A DNA stretch of 63,815 nucleotides, the filler included, from Lama guanicoe (Eukaryota): the NCBI GenBank assembly GCA_013239625.1. It is 190 parts of 190 records of this genome, joined end to end, with 100 filler letters (N's around TTAATTAATTAA, not from the genome) between each part and the next. Parts side by side here need not be neighbours in the genome. Positions count along the whole stretch, not along the records: positions 11,761 to 11,996 come from PNXV01045401.1; positions 12,097 to 12,332 come from PNXV01045402.1; positions 12,433 to 12,668 come from PNXV01045403.1; positions 12,769 to 13,004 come from PNXV01045404.1; positions 13,105 to 13,340 come from PNXV01045405.1; positions 13,441 to 13,676 come from PNXV01045406.1; positions 13,777 to 14,012 come from PNXV01045407.1; positions 14,113 to 14,348 come from PNXV01045408.1; 182 more parts are not named here. The stretch is one strand, 5' to 3'. Below, piece by piece: positions 11,661 through 22,746 of the stretch; the stretch's first letter is position 1; every line of letters begins with the position of its first letter. The notes beneath the pieces were generated by a model. It saw nothing but the letters and a program-made list of their open reading frames with translations, searched no databases and had not been told where the DNA came from. The translations under genes were made by a program, and so were the position numbers.

Positions 11661-14448
11661 NNNNNNNNNNNNNNNNNNNNNNNNNNNNNNNNNNNNNNNN
11701 NNNNTTAATTAATTAANNNNNNNNNNNNNNNNNNNNNNNNNNNNNNNNNNNNNNNNNNNNTCCCCAGGGAGGTCAAATTCCTCTGCCCGTTTCTTCATCC
11801 AGCAGGATACCATGGTGTGCTGCAACTTCTGGATGAGGTGACAATCCTACCTCATGTAACCCAAGCTATTTGCTCCCACAGGGGGATGTTCTGCCCTGAG
11901 TCCTGCACACTCTTGTCCCCATCTATCCTGGACACACAGTCCACACATTCAAGATGCCTGGGTGGGGAGTAGAGATTCTGTAAGTGTATCACTCTGNNNN
12001 NNNNNNNNNNNNNNNNNNNNNNNNNNNNNNNNNNNNNNNNTTAATTAATTAANNNNNNNNNNNNNNNNNNNNNNNNNNNNNNNNNNNNNNNNNNNNTAAA
12101 TAGTAATTTTCCTTTGTCCACACTAGTTAAGGAAGGTGCTTTTTTTCATAAGTTAATTAGTTTGATCAACTGAAATTTGTCTAGGAAATTTGCCCAATAT
12201 TCCCCCTTTTAACACTAAAACTGTTAATTTTAACTCTTTACTGTATCTTGAACCCTCCTTTTGATTTTACTTCTACTGTCAGTCACATAATTTAGGCCCT
12301 ATTCCCTGGCAAGTCAACCACTTTTGTGACTTNNNNNNNNNNNNNNNNNNNNNNNNNNNNNNNNNNNNNNNNNNNNTTAATTAATTAANNNNNNNNNNNN
12401 NNNNNNNNNNNNNNNNNNNNNNNNNNNNNNNNTATGTTTAAGAAAAAATATTCAATAGTTGATTTGGGGAAACAGGTGGAATATTTAAGTTTGTGGATAT
12501 AAAGACTGAATCAGTGTGGTAAAGATTGATTATACAAAAATATTGCTGTTTTTTTAGGGAAACTATTCAATTGGATATACACTTTACAGATAGAAAATAT
12601 ATTTAACAAATAGTACATATAAATATTTAGATAATAGCAAAATGCAACCACAGATGACTTTAAATAATNNNNNNNNNNNNNNNNNNNNNNNNNNNNNNNN
12701 NNNNNNNNNNNNTTAATTAATTAANNNNNNNNNNNNNNNNNNNNNNNNNNNNNNNNNNNNNNNNNNNNCCTAACTGAAACAATAAGAGTTCGAGCAATTC
12801 AAGGATGCTAAATTACAGAGAAGTCATTAATTCAGGATTTAGATGATGAGAGAAAAAATGACTTGAAGAAGAGGAACTTAAAACCAAACATTATGTATGT
12901 CTAGTGAATATTATGATCAGCTAATGAGACTTCAAACCCATCATGAAATTTTGTAATAGTTTGTGTTACATGCTAAATACATTTCTTAAAAAATACTGAG
13001 GTTTNNNNNNNNNNNNNNNNNNNNNNNNNNNNNNNNNNNNNNNNNNNNTTAATTAATTAANNNNNNNNNNNNNNNNNNNNNNNNNNNNNNNNNNNNNNNN
13101 NNNNAGTAAAACAAAAACTAAGGGGGGAAAACATTCCACTGAGAGGAAAATATGTGTCCATGGCAAAAGCTACCTGGTAATCAAACAAACAGGAGCTGAA
13201 ACTGCCCCCTGGTTTGAAACACGCAGCCACCGGCAGTACAACTCCTGTCTCAGTGCTGCGGTGAGGGCCGTGGGGGCTGCAGGGCTCTGAACCCTGGAGG
13301 AGTCATCAGCGCAGGCACTTCTCCAAGAAACTGGACTTTANNNNNNNNNNNNNNNNNNNNNNNNNNNNNNNNNNNNNNNNNNNNTTAATTAATTAANNNN
13401 NNNNNNNNNNNNNNNNNNNNNNNNNNNNNNNNNNNNNNNNGACAACAGAGGAGTCATCTGTGGCAGGAAATCTGTTAAGTGAAGACATTGGAGCATTTGT
13501 ACTGCTTAGTCTTTTATTATCTTAATACTGATCACTGCTTCTCAAAATGTTTATCTATATTTATACAGGTGCCACCCAGACGAAAATGTAAGTATTTTTT
13601 TCTTGTACCATGGGAGAGAATTACAGCGGACACCCAGGGATTTATGGAAATACAGTTTAAGAAATAAGAACTTAACNNNNNNNNNNNNNNNNNNNNNNNN
13701 NNNNNNNNNNNNNNNNNNNNTTAATTAATTAANNNNNNNNNNNNNNNNNNNNNNNNNNNNNNNNNNNNNNNNNNNNCACTGAGAGAAGAGGAAGGATTCA
13801 GACTGGCACAGTCTGTCCCGGAGTAATGGAGAGCGACTGTCCTTTACACAGTGACTCCCCCGAGTGTTGTCTCTGTGTCTTTGTACAGAGGGAGCGGTAC
13901 CCAACTGGCCAAATTCTGGCCCTTAGTATTTCCTCCTTTCTTGCACGTGATACATAAGTTTTCACTCTCCTTTTTACAATCTGTGTATCCTGATAGAGTT
14001 TGCCATTGACCTNNNNNNNNNNNNNNNNNNNNNNNNNNNNNNNNNNNNNNNNNNNNTTAATTAATTAANNNNNNNNNNNNNNNNNNNNNNNNNNNNNNNN
14101 NNNNNNNNNNNNCCCTCTCCCTGAGCCCCCAGAGCTTGTGGGCTTATGAATTATAAATCTAAACCCAAAGCCACTTCTTGCAAAGAGTTTAAAATAAAAT
14201 TCAAAAGGAAAGGGGAGAATTTTTTAAGAAGTCAAGCAAGGTAAGAACAGTTCTATAATGACTTGGGTTTTCCAGCCTAAGGATCATCTTTGTCATTTCT
14301 TTAGATTCACCCAGAAGGTCACAAACCAGGGCTTAAGCTTCAGCCCTTNNNNNNNNNNNNNNNNNNNNNNNNNNNNNNNNNNNNNNNNNNNNTTAATTAA
14401 TTAANNNNNNNNNNNNNNNNNNNNNNNNNNNNNNNNNNNNNNNNNNNN

Positions 14449-14684
14449 TCATTTATTCTCTTCAACATACGGTAAACCACAGCGTCCTGCTTAAAATCCT
14501 GCAGTGCTTTCAGATGGAGTCTGAAGGTGGTGGGGAAAACACCTGTAATGTATTGCCCCTTCCTCGTCTGCTGCTCCTCATCTCAGACCTCTGTCATGCC
14601 AGCCGCTGGGAACTTCCCAGGGTTACTGATGCATGCCCTCCTGTCTTTGACACGCTCTTCTTTTTCCATAGAATGCCCTTCAGC
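14449..14684. mobile_element. L2 relic
   Basis: 'cctgcttaaaatcctgcagtg' and 'ttccatagaatgcccttc' are typical antisense L2 3' motifs. Confidence 0.45.
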
Positions 14685-15120
14685 NNNNNNNNNNNNNNNN
14701 NNNNNNNNNNNNNNNNNNNNNNNNNNNNTTAATTAATTAANNNNNNNNNNNNNNNNNNNNNNNNNNNNNNNNNNNNNNNNNNNNAAAATGGATAAATAAA
14801 GGGGTAGTTATTCACTTCACAATTTCATCTTTACTAGTAAAAAGTGAGTCACTAAAAGTTTTTAAAAGCATATTCCCTAGGTGAACATTGAAAAGGATTT
14901 ATTTACCTACCTTCTCCCATTTACAGCCTTCTTGACAATTTGAAGGGTCAGACAGGCCACCCACCCATGGTTCCAACAGCATCACCATCGTCAACCAACA
15001 CTTATCAAAGATGCCCAGAGNNNNNNNNNNNNNNNNNNNNNNNNNNNNNNNNNNNNNNNNNNNNTTAATTAATTAANNNNNNNNNNNNNNNNNNNNNNNN
15101 NNNNNNNNNNNNNNNNNNNN

Positions 15121-15356
15121 AAGGCGCAAGGAGCCGACATGGAGCAAAACAGCACTTTATTGCAGTACAAGCAGGTGGCATGCATGCCTCAGGTGCACGC
15201 ACTTATACTTTTATAATGCTAGTGGCACATGGGTAGTGTTCATAACGCTGACTCATGCACTTGCACATGCATATTATTCATAATGCTGACTCATGCTACT
15301 AGCACATGCATACATTTACCTGTTACCAGGTGCAAGCTATTGTGAACTTTGGCCTG
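15121..15356 (-). mobile_element. Probable ERV LTR fragment (U3-R-U5) with a duplicated enhancer
   Basis: On the minus strand, in order: two ~36-bp direct repeats each containing TGAGTCA (15277-15312, 15239-15273), TATAAAA (15209-15215), AATAAA (15156-15161), then a GT-rich tract. Confidence 0.65.
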
Positions 15357-15519
15357 NNNNNNNNNNNNNNNNNNNNNNNNNNNNNNNNNNNNNNNNNNNN
15401 TTAATTAATTAANNNNNNNNNNNNNNNNNNNNNNNNNNNNNNNNNNNNNNNNNNNNACGGGCCTTGGGCCACAGGTCATCTGTTCAGTCATCGCTCTTTC
15501 AGACCGGGAGACCAGTGAG

Positions 15520-15692
15520 TAATAGTACCACCAGTGGATGGTTCCTCCATACGGTGTGCTTACTGCATGCCAGTCACTGAGCTCAGTGCTGCATGTGCTT
15601 CATCTCTTTTGAACCACACACAGCTAATATTATGTCCATTTTTAAAAGGAGGAAACAGGTTCAGAGAGGTGATGCAACTGGCCCAACATCAC
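15520..15692 (-). mobile_element. MIR SINE relic
   Basis: 'gtgcttactgcatgccagtcactgagctcagtgct...ccatttttaaaaggaggaaacaggttcagagaggtgatgcaactggcccaacatcac' is the MIR core. Confidence 0.75.
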
Positions 15693-15964
15693 NNNNNNNN
15701 NNNNNNNNNNNNNNNNNNNNNNNNNNNNNNNNNNNNTTAATTAATTAANNNNNNNNNNNNNNNNNNNNNNNNNNNNNNNNNNNNNNNNNNNNTAAGACAC
15801 TTTTGAGCACACACCCTAACTAGTTTATGCTTAAATTATGCTGATGTAATTCTATCATGGTTGTTATTTAAAAAAAGCAAAAACAACTTTAAAAAATTTT
15901 TTGAGGTATATAGTTGATGTAAAACATTACACAAGATGTAGAACATAGTGACTTATAATTTTTA

Positions 15965-16028
15965 AATCTTTAGTGGGGCGGAATTTGGTTTATTAATGAT
16001 ATTTTTAATGGAGGTACCAGGGGCTGAA
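15965..16028 (-). mobile_element. 3' portion of a Vic-1-like SINE
   Basis: 'ggtttatt...atttttaatggaggtaccaggggctgaa' is the tail region that precedes the 'ggggattgaacccagg' head in antisense copies. Confidence 0.55.
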
Positions 16029-16128
16029 NNNNNNNNNNNNNNNNNNNNNNNNNNNNNNNNNNNNNNNNNNNNTTAATTAATTAANNNNNNNNNNNNNNNN
16101 NNNNNNNNNNNNNNNNNNNNNNNNNNNN

Positions 16129-16364
16129 ATCCATTATGACTTTCTCTAACTTCAGAAATAGCCATGAAAACCAAATGTCTAGGGGGACCACAGTGAGACA
16201 CATAGGAGCTGTAGCATCTTTTACATCAGCTCAGCAGCTGCTCAGAGTCAACCCACATGTCTCCACCTTGCTGGGATCTAGTAAATGGATGAATGAGTTG
16301 CTTCATTTTATCTGCATAAATACTGCATCAATGGAAAAATGCTCTCATTTTATGTCTTAATTCT
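16129..16364. repeat. Copy B of the 236-bp sequence at 4369-4604
   Basis: 225 of 236 positions identical to 4369-4604, with the same boundaries. Confidence 0.97.
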
Positions 16365-16464
16365 NNNNNNNNNNNNNNNNNNNNNNNNNNNNNNNNNNNN
16401 NNNNNNNNTTAATTAATTAANNNNNNNNNNNNNNNNNNNNNNNNNNNNNNNNNNNNNNNNNNNN

Positions 16465-16700
16465 GAGACTATTGTTTCCCCATTTGTGTATTTTTGGTGC
16501 TCCTGTCAAAGGTTAGTTGGCCTTACATGTGTAGATTTATTTTGAGCTCTCTATTCTGTTCTACTGGTCTACGTATTGGTTTTTATGCCAATTCCATACT
16601 GTTTTGATTAATACAGCTTTATGATATAGCTTAACATTAGGAAGTGTGATGCCTTAGGCTTTGTTCTCTTTCAAGAGCATATTTGGGATATTTGTGGTTC
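16465..16700 (-). mobile_element. LINE-1 ORF2 fragment
   Basis: 'ctctctattctgttctactggtctac...ttttatgccaattccatactgttttgatta...gtgtgatgccttaggctttgttct' is antisense L1 ORF2. Confidence 0.85.
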
Positions 16701-17214
16701 NNNNNNNNNNNNNNNNNNNNNNNNNNNNNNNNNNNNNNNNNNNNTTAATTAATTAANNNNNNNNNNNNNNNNNNNNNNNNNNNNNNNNNNNNNNNNNNNN
16801 TTATCATCTTTATTCCCCTGTAGGTAAGGTGTATTTTATCTCCTGATACTCTCAAAAAGATTAATTTTTGTTTTTGTACACTTTGAACATGACGGATGTA
16901 GGGGTTCATTTTTTGTATACTTTGGGATTTTTTTTTTGTATGCTCTGAGATTCTTAAATCTATGTTTGTCTACGTTGACAATGTTGGCTGCTAAGCCTAA
17001 TATTGACTGTTCCATTCTCCTGCAATCTGAGTTAGGNNNNNNNNNNNNNNNNNNNNNNNNNNNNNNNNNNNNNNNNNNNNTTAATTAATTAANNNNNNNN
17101 NNNNNNNNNNNNNNNNNNNNNNNNNNNNNNNNNNNNACATCACATGACAAATGGACTTACTGCTGTGTAGCTAAGGCTGGTAGCTCTACCCTCTGGTGGG
17201 GGAAAAAAAAAAAG

Positions 17215-17372
17215 GCAATGTGTTGTGATGCAAGGAACTTGAACCTGGAGTCAGGAAGTCTGGACATGAATCTTGTTCCCGTCACTGGTAACCAAGGGCA
17301 AGTCAAACAACTTCTCTGAGCCTCAGGTGCTCCATCTGTAAAATGGGAAGATAATATCTGTTTCTTATTTCC
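17215..17372 (+). mobile_element. MIR SINE relic
   Basis: 'ctggagtcaggaagtctggacatgaatc...gggcaagtca...cttctctgagcctcag...catctgtaaaatggg' is the MIR core. Confidence 0.75.
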
Positions 17373-18144
17373 NNNNNNNNNNNNNNNNNNNNNNNNNNNN
17401 NNNNNNNNNNNNNNNNTTAATTAATTAANNNNNNNNNNNNNNNNNNNNNNNNNNNNNNNNNNNNNNNNNNNNGTGACCACTGAGTCCTCACAGCCACCCG
17501 GGGAGTTGGTGCCATCATCCCTGCCGGTGAGAAGACTGCGGCTCCAGGAGGCTAAGCGGCCGGCCAGGGGCCTCGAGTGGATGTTGGGAGTGCTCGGGCC
17601 CCAGCTGAGCTCCTGGGCTCAGGGATGCCGGCTGTTTCCCCAGACGTTTCAGCTGAGATGCAACACCGGGCTCCCTCCCCCCGACTCCCTGACCCTCAGC
17701 CTGACCTTNNNNNNNNNNNNNNNNNNNNNNNNNNNNNNNNNNNNNNNNNNNNTTAATTAATTAANNNNNNNNNNNNNNNNNNNNNNNNNNNNNNNNNNNN
17801 NNNNNNNNCCTTTGACAGAAAATGCTACTCCCTTTGTTTTCTTGAAGCATATTTCATGTTTTTCTAATGGGAGAAACTCTAATGCAAACACCATCACGAT
17901 GCCCTATTGTTCCCTCTCATAATCTAACATCCGCTCTTCAGTCTTCCTCTAGAAGAGACAGCTCGATAAATTAGTGATATTCATCTGTGAGACTCTATAC
18001 TCTATCAATTTTGGTTGGGTCTTCCTAGAAGAATCTGCTATTGTNNNNNNNNNNNNNNNNNNNNNNNNNNNNNNNNNNNNNNNNNNNNTTAATTAATTAA
18101 NNNNNNNNNNNNNNNNNNNNNNNNNNNNNNNNNNNNNNNNNNNN

Positions 18145-18378
18145 TTTCTGTGTTCTGCATTCCATGTTCTAAATTCTGTGTTATATATTCTCTCTACTAT
18201 ATTCTATATATTGTGTTCTTCATTGTATATTCTACATTCTATATCCTGCATTCCGTATTCTATATTCTAATTTCTTTGTTCTACATTCTATAGTTAAATT
18301 CTATCTTCAGTATTCTGTATTCTGTATTATAATTTCTGTGTTCTGCATTCCATGTTCTAAATTCTGTCTTCTATATTC
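18145..18378. repeat. Heptamer satellite fragment with a 188-bp internal repeat
   Basis: 7-bp periodicity. The 35-nt string tttctgtgttctgcattccatgttctaaattctgt occurs at 18145 and again at 18333. Confidence 0.88.
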
Positions 18379-20158
18379 NNNNNNNNNNNNNNNNNNNNNN
18401 NNNNNNNNNNNNNNNNNNNNNNTTAATTAATTAANNNNNNNNNNNNNNNNNNNNNNNNNNNNNNNNNNNNNNNNNNNNGAAAGATTTCAGGCAGTGGGAA
18501 CAGCACGAAACAAAGCTCTGAGGTGGCAAAGAGCTTATCTGAAAAACTGGGAGTAGAGGTGGAGGGGAGTGAGCCTCAGACAGTGAGCAGAAAGCAAACG
18601 GCATGAAGAAATTTAAGTGACAGGTTCAGATTGAGGGACCAGGTAAATTCAGATTTATCGACCTGGATTAAGAAGGTGGGCTTCCTTCTGAGCCTACAGT
18701 GAAAACTTTGAATGNNNNNNNNNNNNNNNNNNNNNNNNNNNNNNNNNNNNNNNNNNNNTTAATTAATTAANNNNNNNNNNNNNNNNNNNNNNNNNNNNNN
18801 NNNNNNNNNNNNNNAAAAAAAAAAAATGAAGACCCCTGCAGAAAAGTGGCTTATTGCCATTAACATGCATAAACGCTCAGCTGAGTTCAGTCAGGAGATC
18901 AGGCTTAAATTTTCTCTATTTTTTTAGCCACGATTTTTCTAGTATGAATAACTTAATGATCTTAGTGTTCATCTAGGAAGACTGTGGTTTGAGCCAAATG
19001 TTTTCATTCCTAAATACTCTATAGTCTTAATACTTTAATTTGGGGGGGGGNNNNNNNNNNNNNNNNNNNNNNNNNNNNNNNNNNNNNNNNNNNNTTAATT
19101 AATTAANNNNNNNNNNNNNNNNNNNNNNNNNNNNNNNNNNNNNNNNNNNNCTCTGTGCCACGCGCTTCACGCGCTCACAGTGACTTGCAGTCCGTCTCTT
19201 CTGCTGTTTCAGGAAGGCGGATGGGTCGGGCCAGGGCGGTCCCGCAGAGGCCGGGCGCAGCGCTGGGCCACCTGGGAGCGCCGGCGCGAAGGTCCTTGAT
19301 TTCACTCTGCTTTCCGTGGCTGATCAGCCTCACTGCATTCACTCAGAAATTAGGGTCTTGCTACACTTGCACTGGGCAACCACCAGNNNNNNNNNNNNNN
19401 NNNNNNNNNNNNNNNNNNNNNNNNNNNNNNTTAATTAATTAANNNNNNNNNNNNNNNNNNNNNNNNNNNNNNNNNNNNNNNNNNNNTTACAGTCTGTTTT
19501 TCAGTATCTACCAATTGTGAGCTTAGAATTTGAGATGAAAACTTTTTAATCTTCTTTTTAGCCCCCTCTCATGTTCCATTCAATATATCTTTTTAAGCTA
19601 TATATTATCCTTAGAATCCTGATTCCCTGTTCTTTCTCTAGGTGGAAAGTTGATGTGTTAGGAGCTTTCTAAAATCTATTTTTCTCTCTCTCTAGTAATA
19701 ATTTACAACATTCAGGTAGTGANNNNNNNNNNNNNNNNNNNNNNNNNNNNNNNNNNNNNNNNNNNNTTAATTAATTAANNNNNNNNNNNNNNNNNNNNNN
19801 NNNNNNNNNNNNNNNNNNNNNNCAGATAGAACAAACTGAGGTTTAACTAAATCTTGAATAAAACTTATCACCTGATAGTAAACATATAAAGTTATTTTTA
19901 GTTTTTGTAAACAAACAGGGAAATTCTCAGAAGACCTCCAGAGAAAACATTTTATAGACCTGAGGGAGGTCTGCTAACAGTTTCAATATATCCTGACCTT
20001 TTTTAAAGTATTATTATTTGTTTCAAAATTGCCTTGCTTTAAATCGTATTTTCTTTAANNNNNNNNNNNNNNNNNNNNNNNNNNNNNNNNNNNNNNNNNN
20101 NNTTAATTAATTAANNNNNNNNNNNNNNNNNNNNNNNNNNNNNNNNNNNNNNNNNNNN

Positions 20159-20394
20159 TGAACTTTTGGGTTGCTTCTACATTTTAGCTATTGTGAATAA
20201 TGCTGTTATGAACATAGGTTTATAAATATCTCTTTGAGACCCTGTTTTCAATTATTTTAGTTATATACCTAGACGTGAAATTGTTGGATATTATGGTAAT
20301 TCTCTTTTTAATTTTTGAAGAAACTGTCATACTGTTTTCCACAGTGGCTGTACCTCTTTACATTCCCATCAACTGTGCACAAGTGCTCTGATTT
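20159..20394 (-). mobile_element. LINE-1 ORF2 3' fragment
   Basis: 'gctattgtgaataatgctgttatgaacat...aactgtcatactgttttccacagtggctgtacc..tttacattcccatcaac'. Confidence 0.88.
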
Positions 20395-20830
20395 NNNNNN
20401 NNNNNNNNNNNNNNNNNNNNNNNNNNNNNNNNNNNNNNTTAATTAATTAANNNNNNNNNNNNNNNNNNNNNNNNNNNNNNNNNNNNNNNNNNNNTCAAGG
20501 ACCTATGTTGCCTGTAAGGAAAGGACCAGGTCAGACCTTCCTGTGTTTCACCATCAGAAAAAAACTGCTTCAGACAAGAAGCTGGATCGATAACGATATT
20601 ATCAGTGTTGTCTGTGCAAAGGAGAACTAGGTACTTCACATCCAAATTAGCTGAACCAGGAGGTTTCGTGTGACTATTTTCTGCCCCTTATGTGCGGCTC
20701 TGCTCTCTGACCTTGGAACAGAAGAGCTGTNNNNNNNNNNNNNNNNNNNNNNNNNNNNNNNNNNNNNNNNNNNNTTAATTAATTAANNNNNNNNNNNNNN
20801 NNNNNNNNNNNNNNNNNNNNNNNNNNNNNN

Positions 20831-20900
20831 TAGCAGCCACCTCCCAGGAACTGAGAACAAAAGCCAGACCTCTCTTGCGAAGGTGAAATTCTTCACTACA
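20831..20900. mobile_element. MER21-like LTR terminus
   Basis: 'cccaggaactgagaacaaaagccagacctctctt...aaggtgaaattcttcactaca' resembles a MER21-group end. Confidence 0.5.
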
Positions 20901-21838
20901 CATCCTTAACCAGGGGTCTCATGTTTTCTGCCAACATCCATGAAATCATAGCAGGCTAACTTGGTAGTCTACAGTTAGAGCAAAGCCTCAGACCTTACAG
21001 TTCTTGGCAGGAAAATGAGTAGGGATTCACTGAAATATATATCTAGAAGAGGAGGGAAGTGGGGGGNNNNNNNNNNNNNNNNNNNNNNNNNNNNNNNNNN
21101 NNNNNNNNNNTTAATTAATTAANNNNNNNNNNNNNNNNNNNNNNNNNNNNNNNNNNNNNNNNNNNNCCGAGGGGTGCAGATGTGCGTGCCTTTTGTATCT
21201 GTTTCCATCATCTGGTCCTCACGTTTAATCGAGGAATTTAGAAGGGACATTTCTTTATTTCCAGAGGCATCAGAGGCATTTTACTTCCTCTCTGGTCAAC
21301 ATATTCCTAAAAGGATCTGTTTTAAACAGACTGACCTCACGCATATCTCCTTTAGGCTTAAAAGAGAAAAAAAAGATGAGGAAAAGCCTCGGCCTCCGTC
21401 TGNNNNNNNNNNNNNNNNNNNNNNNNNNNNNNNNNNNNNNNNNNNNTTAATTAATTAANNNNNNNNNNNNNNNNNNNNNNNNNNNNNNNNNNNNNNNNNN
21501 NNACTTAAATGAATCCATCTCCTTTGTCTCCCCTTTCCACCAGCCTGTTTTGCTAACATAACCACACCTGATTGTCTTATATCAAGCCTCATGCTTACTT
21601 ACATTGCACTCCTAAAGACGGATTTCATAAGATGAATTTGACTTTCATATTTACTGCAACCATTGATGCTGGAAGTCTCCCTGATCAAAATTGCCCTCCA
21701 CGGTTGGAATGCTGTCATATGACAGAAGCATGGACCCCNNNNNNNNNNNNNNNNNNNNNNNNNNNNNNNNNNNNNNNNNNNNTTAATTAATTAANNNNNN
21801 NNNNNNNNNNNNNNNNNNNNNNNNNNNNNNNNNNNNNN

Positions 21839-22000
21839 TACTGAATATAGTTCCCTGTGCTCTACAGTAGGACCCCGGTGTTTAATCTATTTTATATGTG
21901 GTCGTTGGTATCTGCAAATCCCAAACCCCCTCCTTATCCCTTCCTCCCCGCTTCCCCAACCCCTCCCGTAACCATAAGTTTGTTTTCTAAGTTTGTGAGA
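21839..22000 (-). mobile_element. LINE-1 3' UTR fragment (cetartiodactyl type)
   Basis: 'actgaatatagttccctgtgctctacagtaggacc...tctattttatat...gtaaccataagtttgttttct'. Confidence 0.8.
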
Positions 22001-22174
22001 CAATCAGATAATTATTAGCATTTAAGTTATGTTTTTTAAGAAGGAAACTACCTTGTTTCTTATCTGCTAGGCTGNNNNNNNNNNNNNNNNNNNNNNNNNN
22101 NNNNNNNNNNNNNNNNNNTTAATTAATTAANNNNNNNNNNNNNNNNNNNNNNNNNNNNNNNNNNNNNNNNNNNN

Positions 22175-22410
22175 ATCTGTCTTCTAGCTCACTGATCCGT
22201 TCTTCTGCCTCATTTAGTTTATTGGTTCCTTCTGGTATATTGTTCATTTCAGTGATTTTATTCTTCAACTGTTCGGGTGTTCTTTACCTTTTCCAGCTCT
22301 TTGCTAACAACTTTGCTCTGTGTATCTGTACTCCTCTTGAGTTCTCTGAGCATCTTGGCCGTCATCACTTTAAACTCTTTCTCAGATAAATTGCCTATCT
22401 CCTCATCACT
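22175..22410 (-). mobile_element. LINE-1 ORF1 fragment
   Basis: Pyrimidine-rich antisense L1 ORF1 pattern, 'gtcttctagctcactgatccgttcttctgcctcatttagttt' and 'ctttaaactctttctcagataaattgcctatctcc'. Confidence 0.75.
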
Positions 22411-22510
22411 NNNNNNNNNNNNNNNNNNNNNNNNNNNNNNNNNNNNNNNNNNNNTTAATTAATTAANNNNNNNNNNNNNNNNNNNNNNNNNNNNNNNNNN
22501 NNNNNNNNNN

Positions 22511-22746
22511 GACCAAGGAGCTAAAAGACTTATGTTCTAAGAACTATGAAACACTGATAAAGAAAAAGAAAGGTGATTTAAAGACATGGAAAGATTTCTC
22601 ATGTTCTTGGATTGCTAGAATTAATATTGTTAAAATGGCCATACTACCATTTCAGTAATTTACAGACTTAGTGAGATGCCTGTCAAATTACCCAGAATAT
22701 TTTTTCAGAGGAAGAAAAAAATAACTGTAAAATTTATATGGTATCA
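22511..22746 (+). mobile_element. LINE-1 ORF2 fragment
   Basis: Encodes TKELKDLCSKNYETLIKKKKGDLKTWKDFSCSWIARINIVKMAILP (L1 consensus ...KWKDIPCSWIGRINIVKMAILP). Confidence 0.92.
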
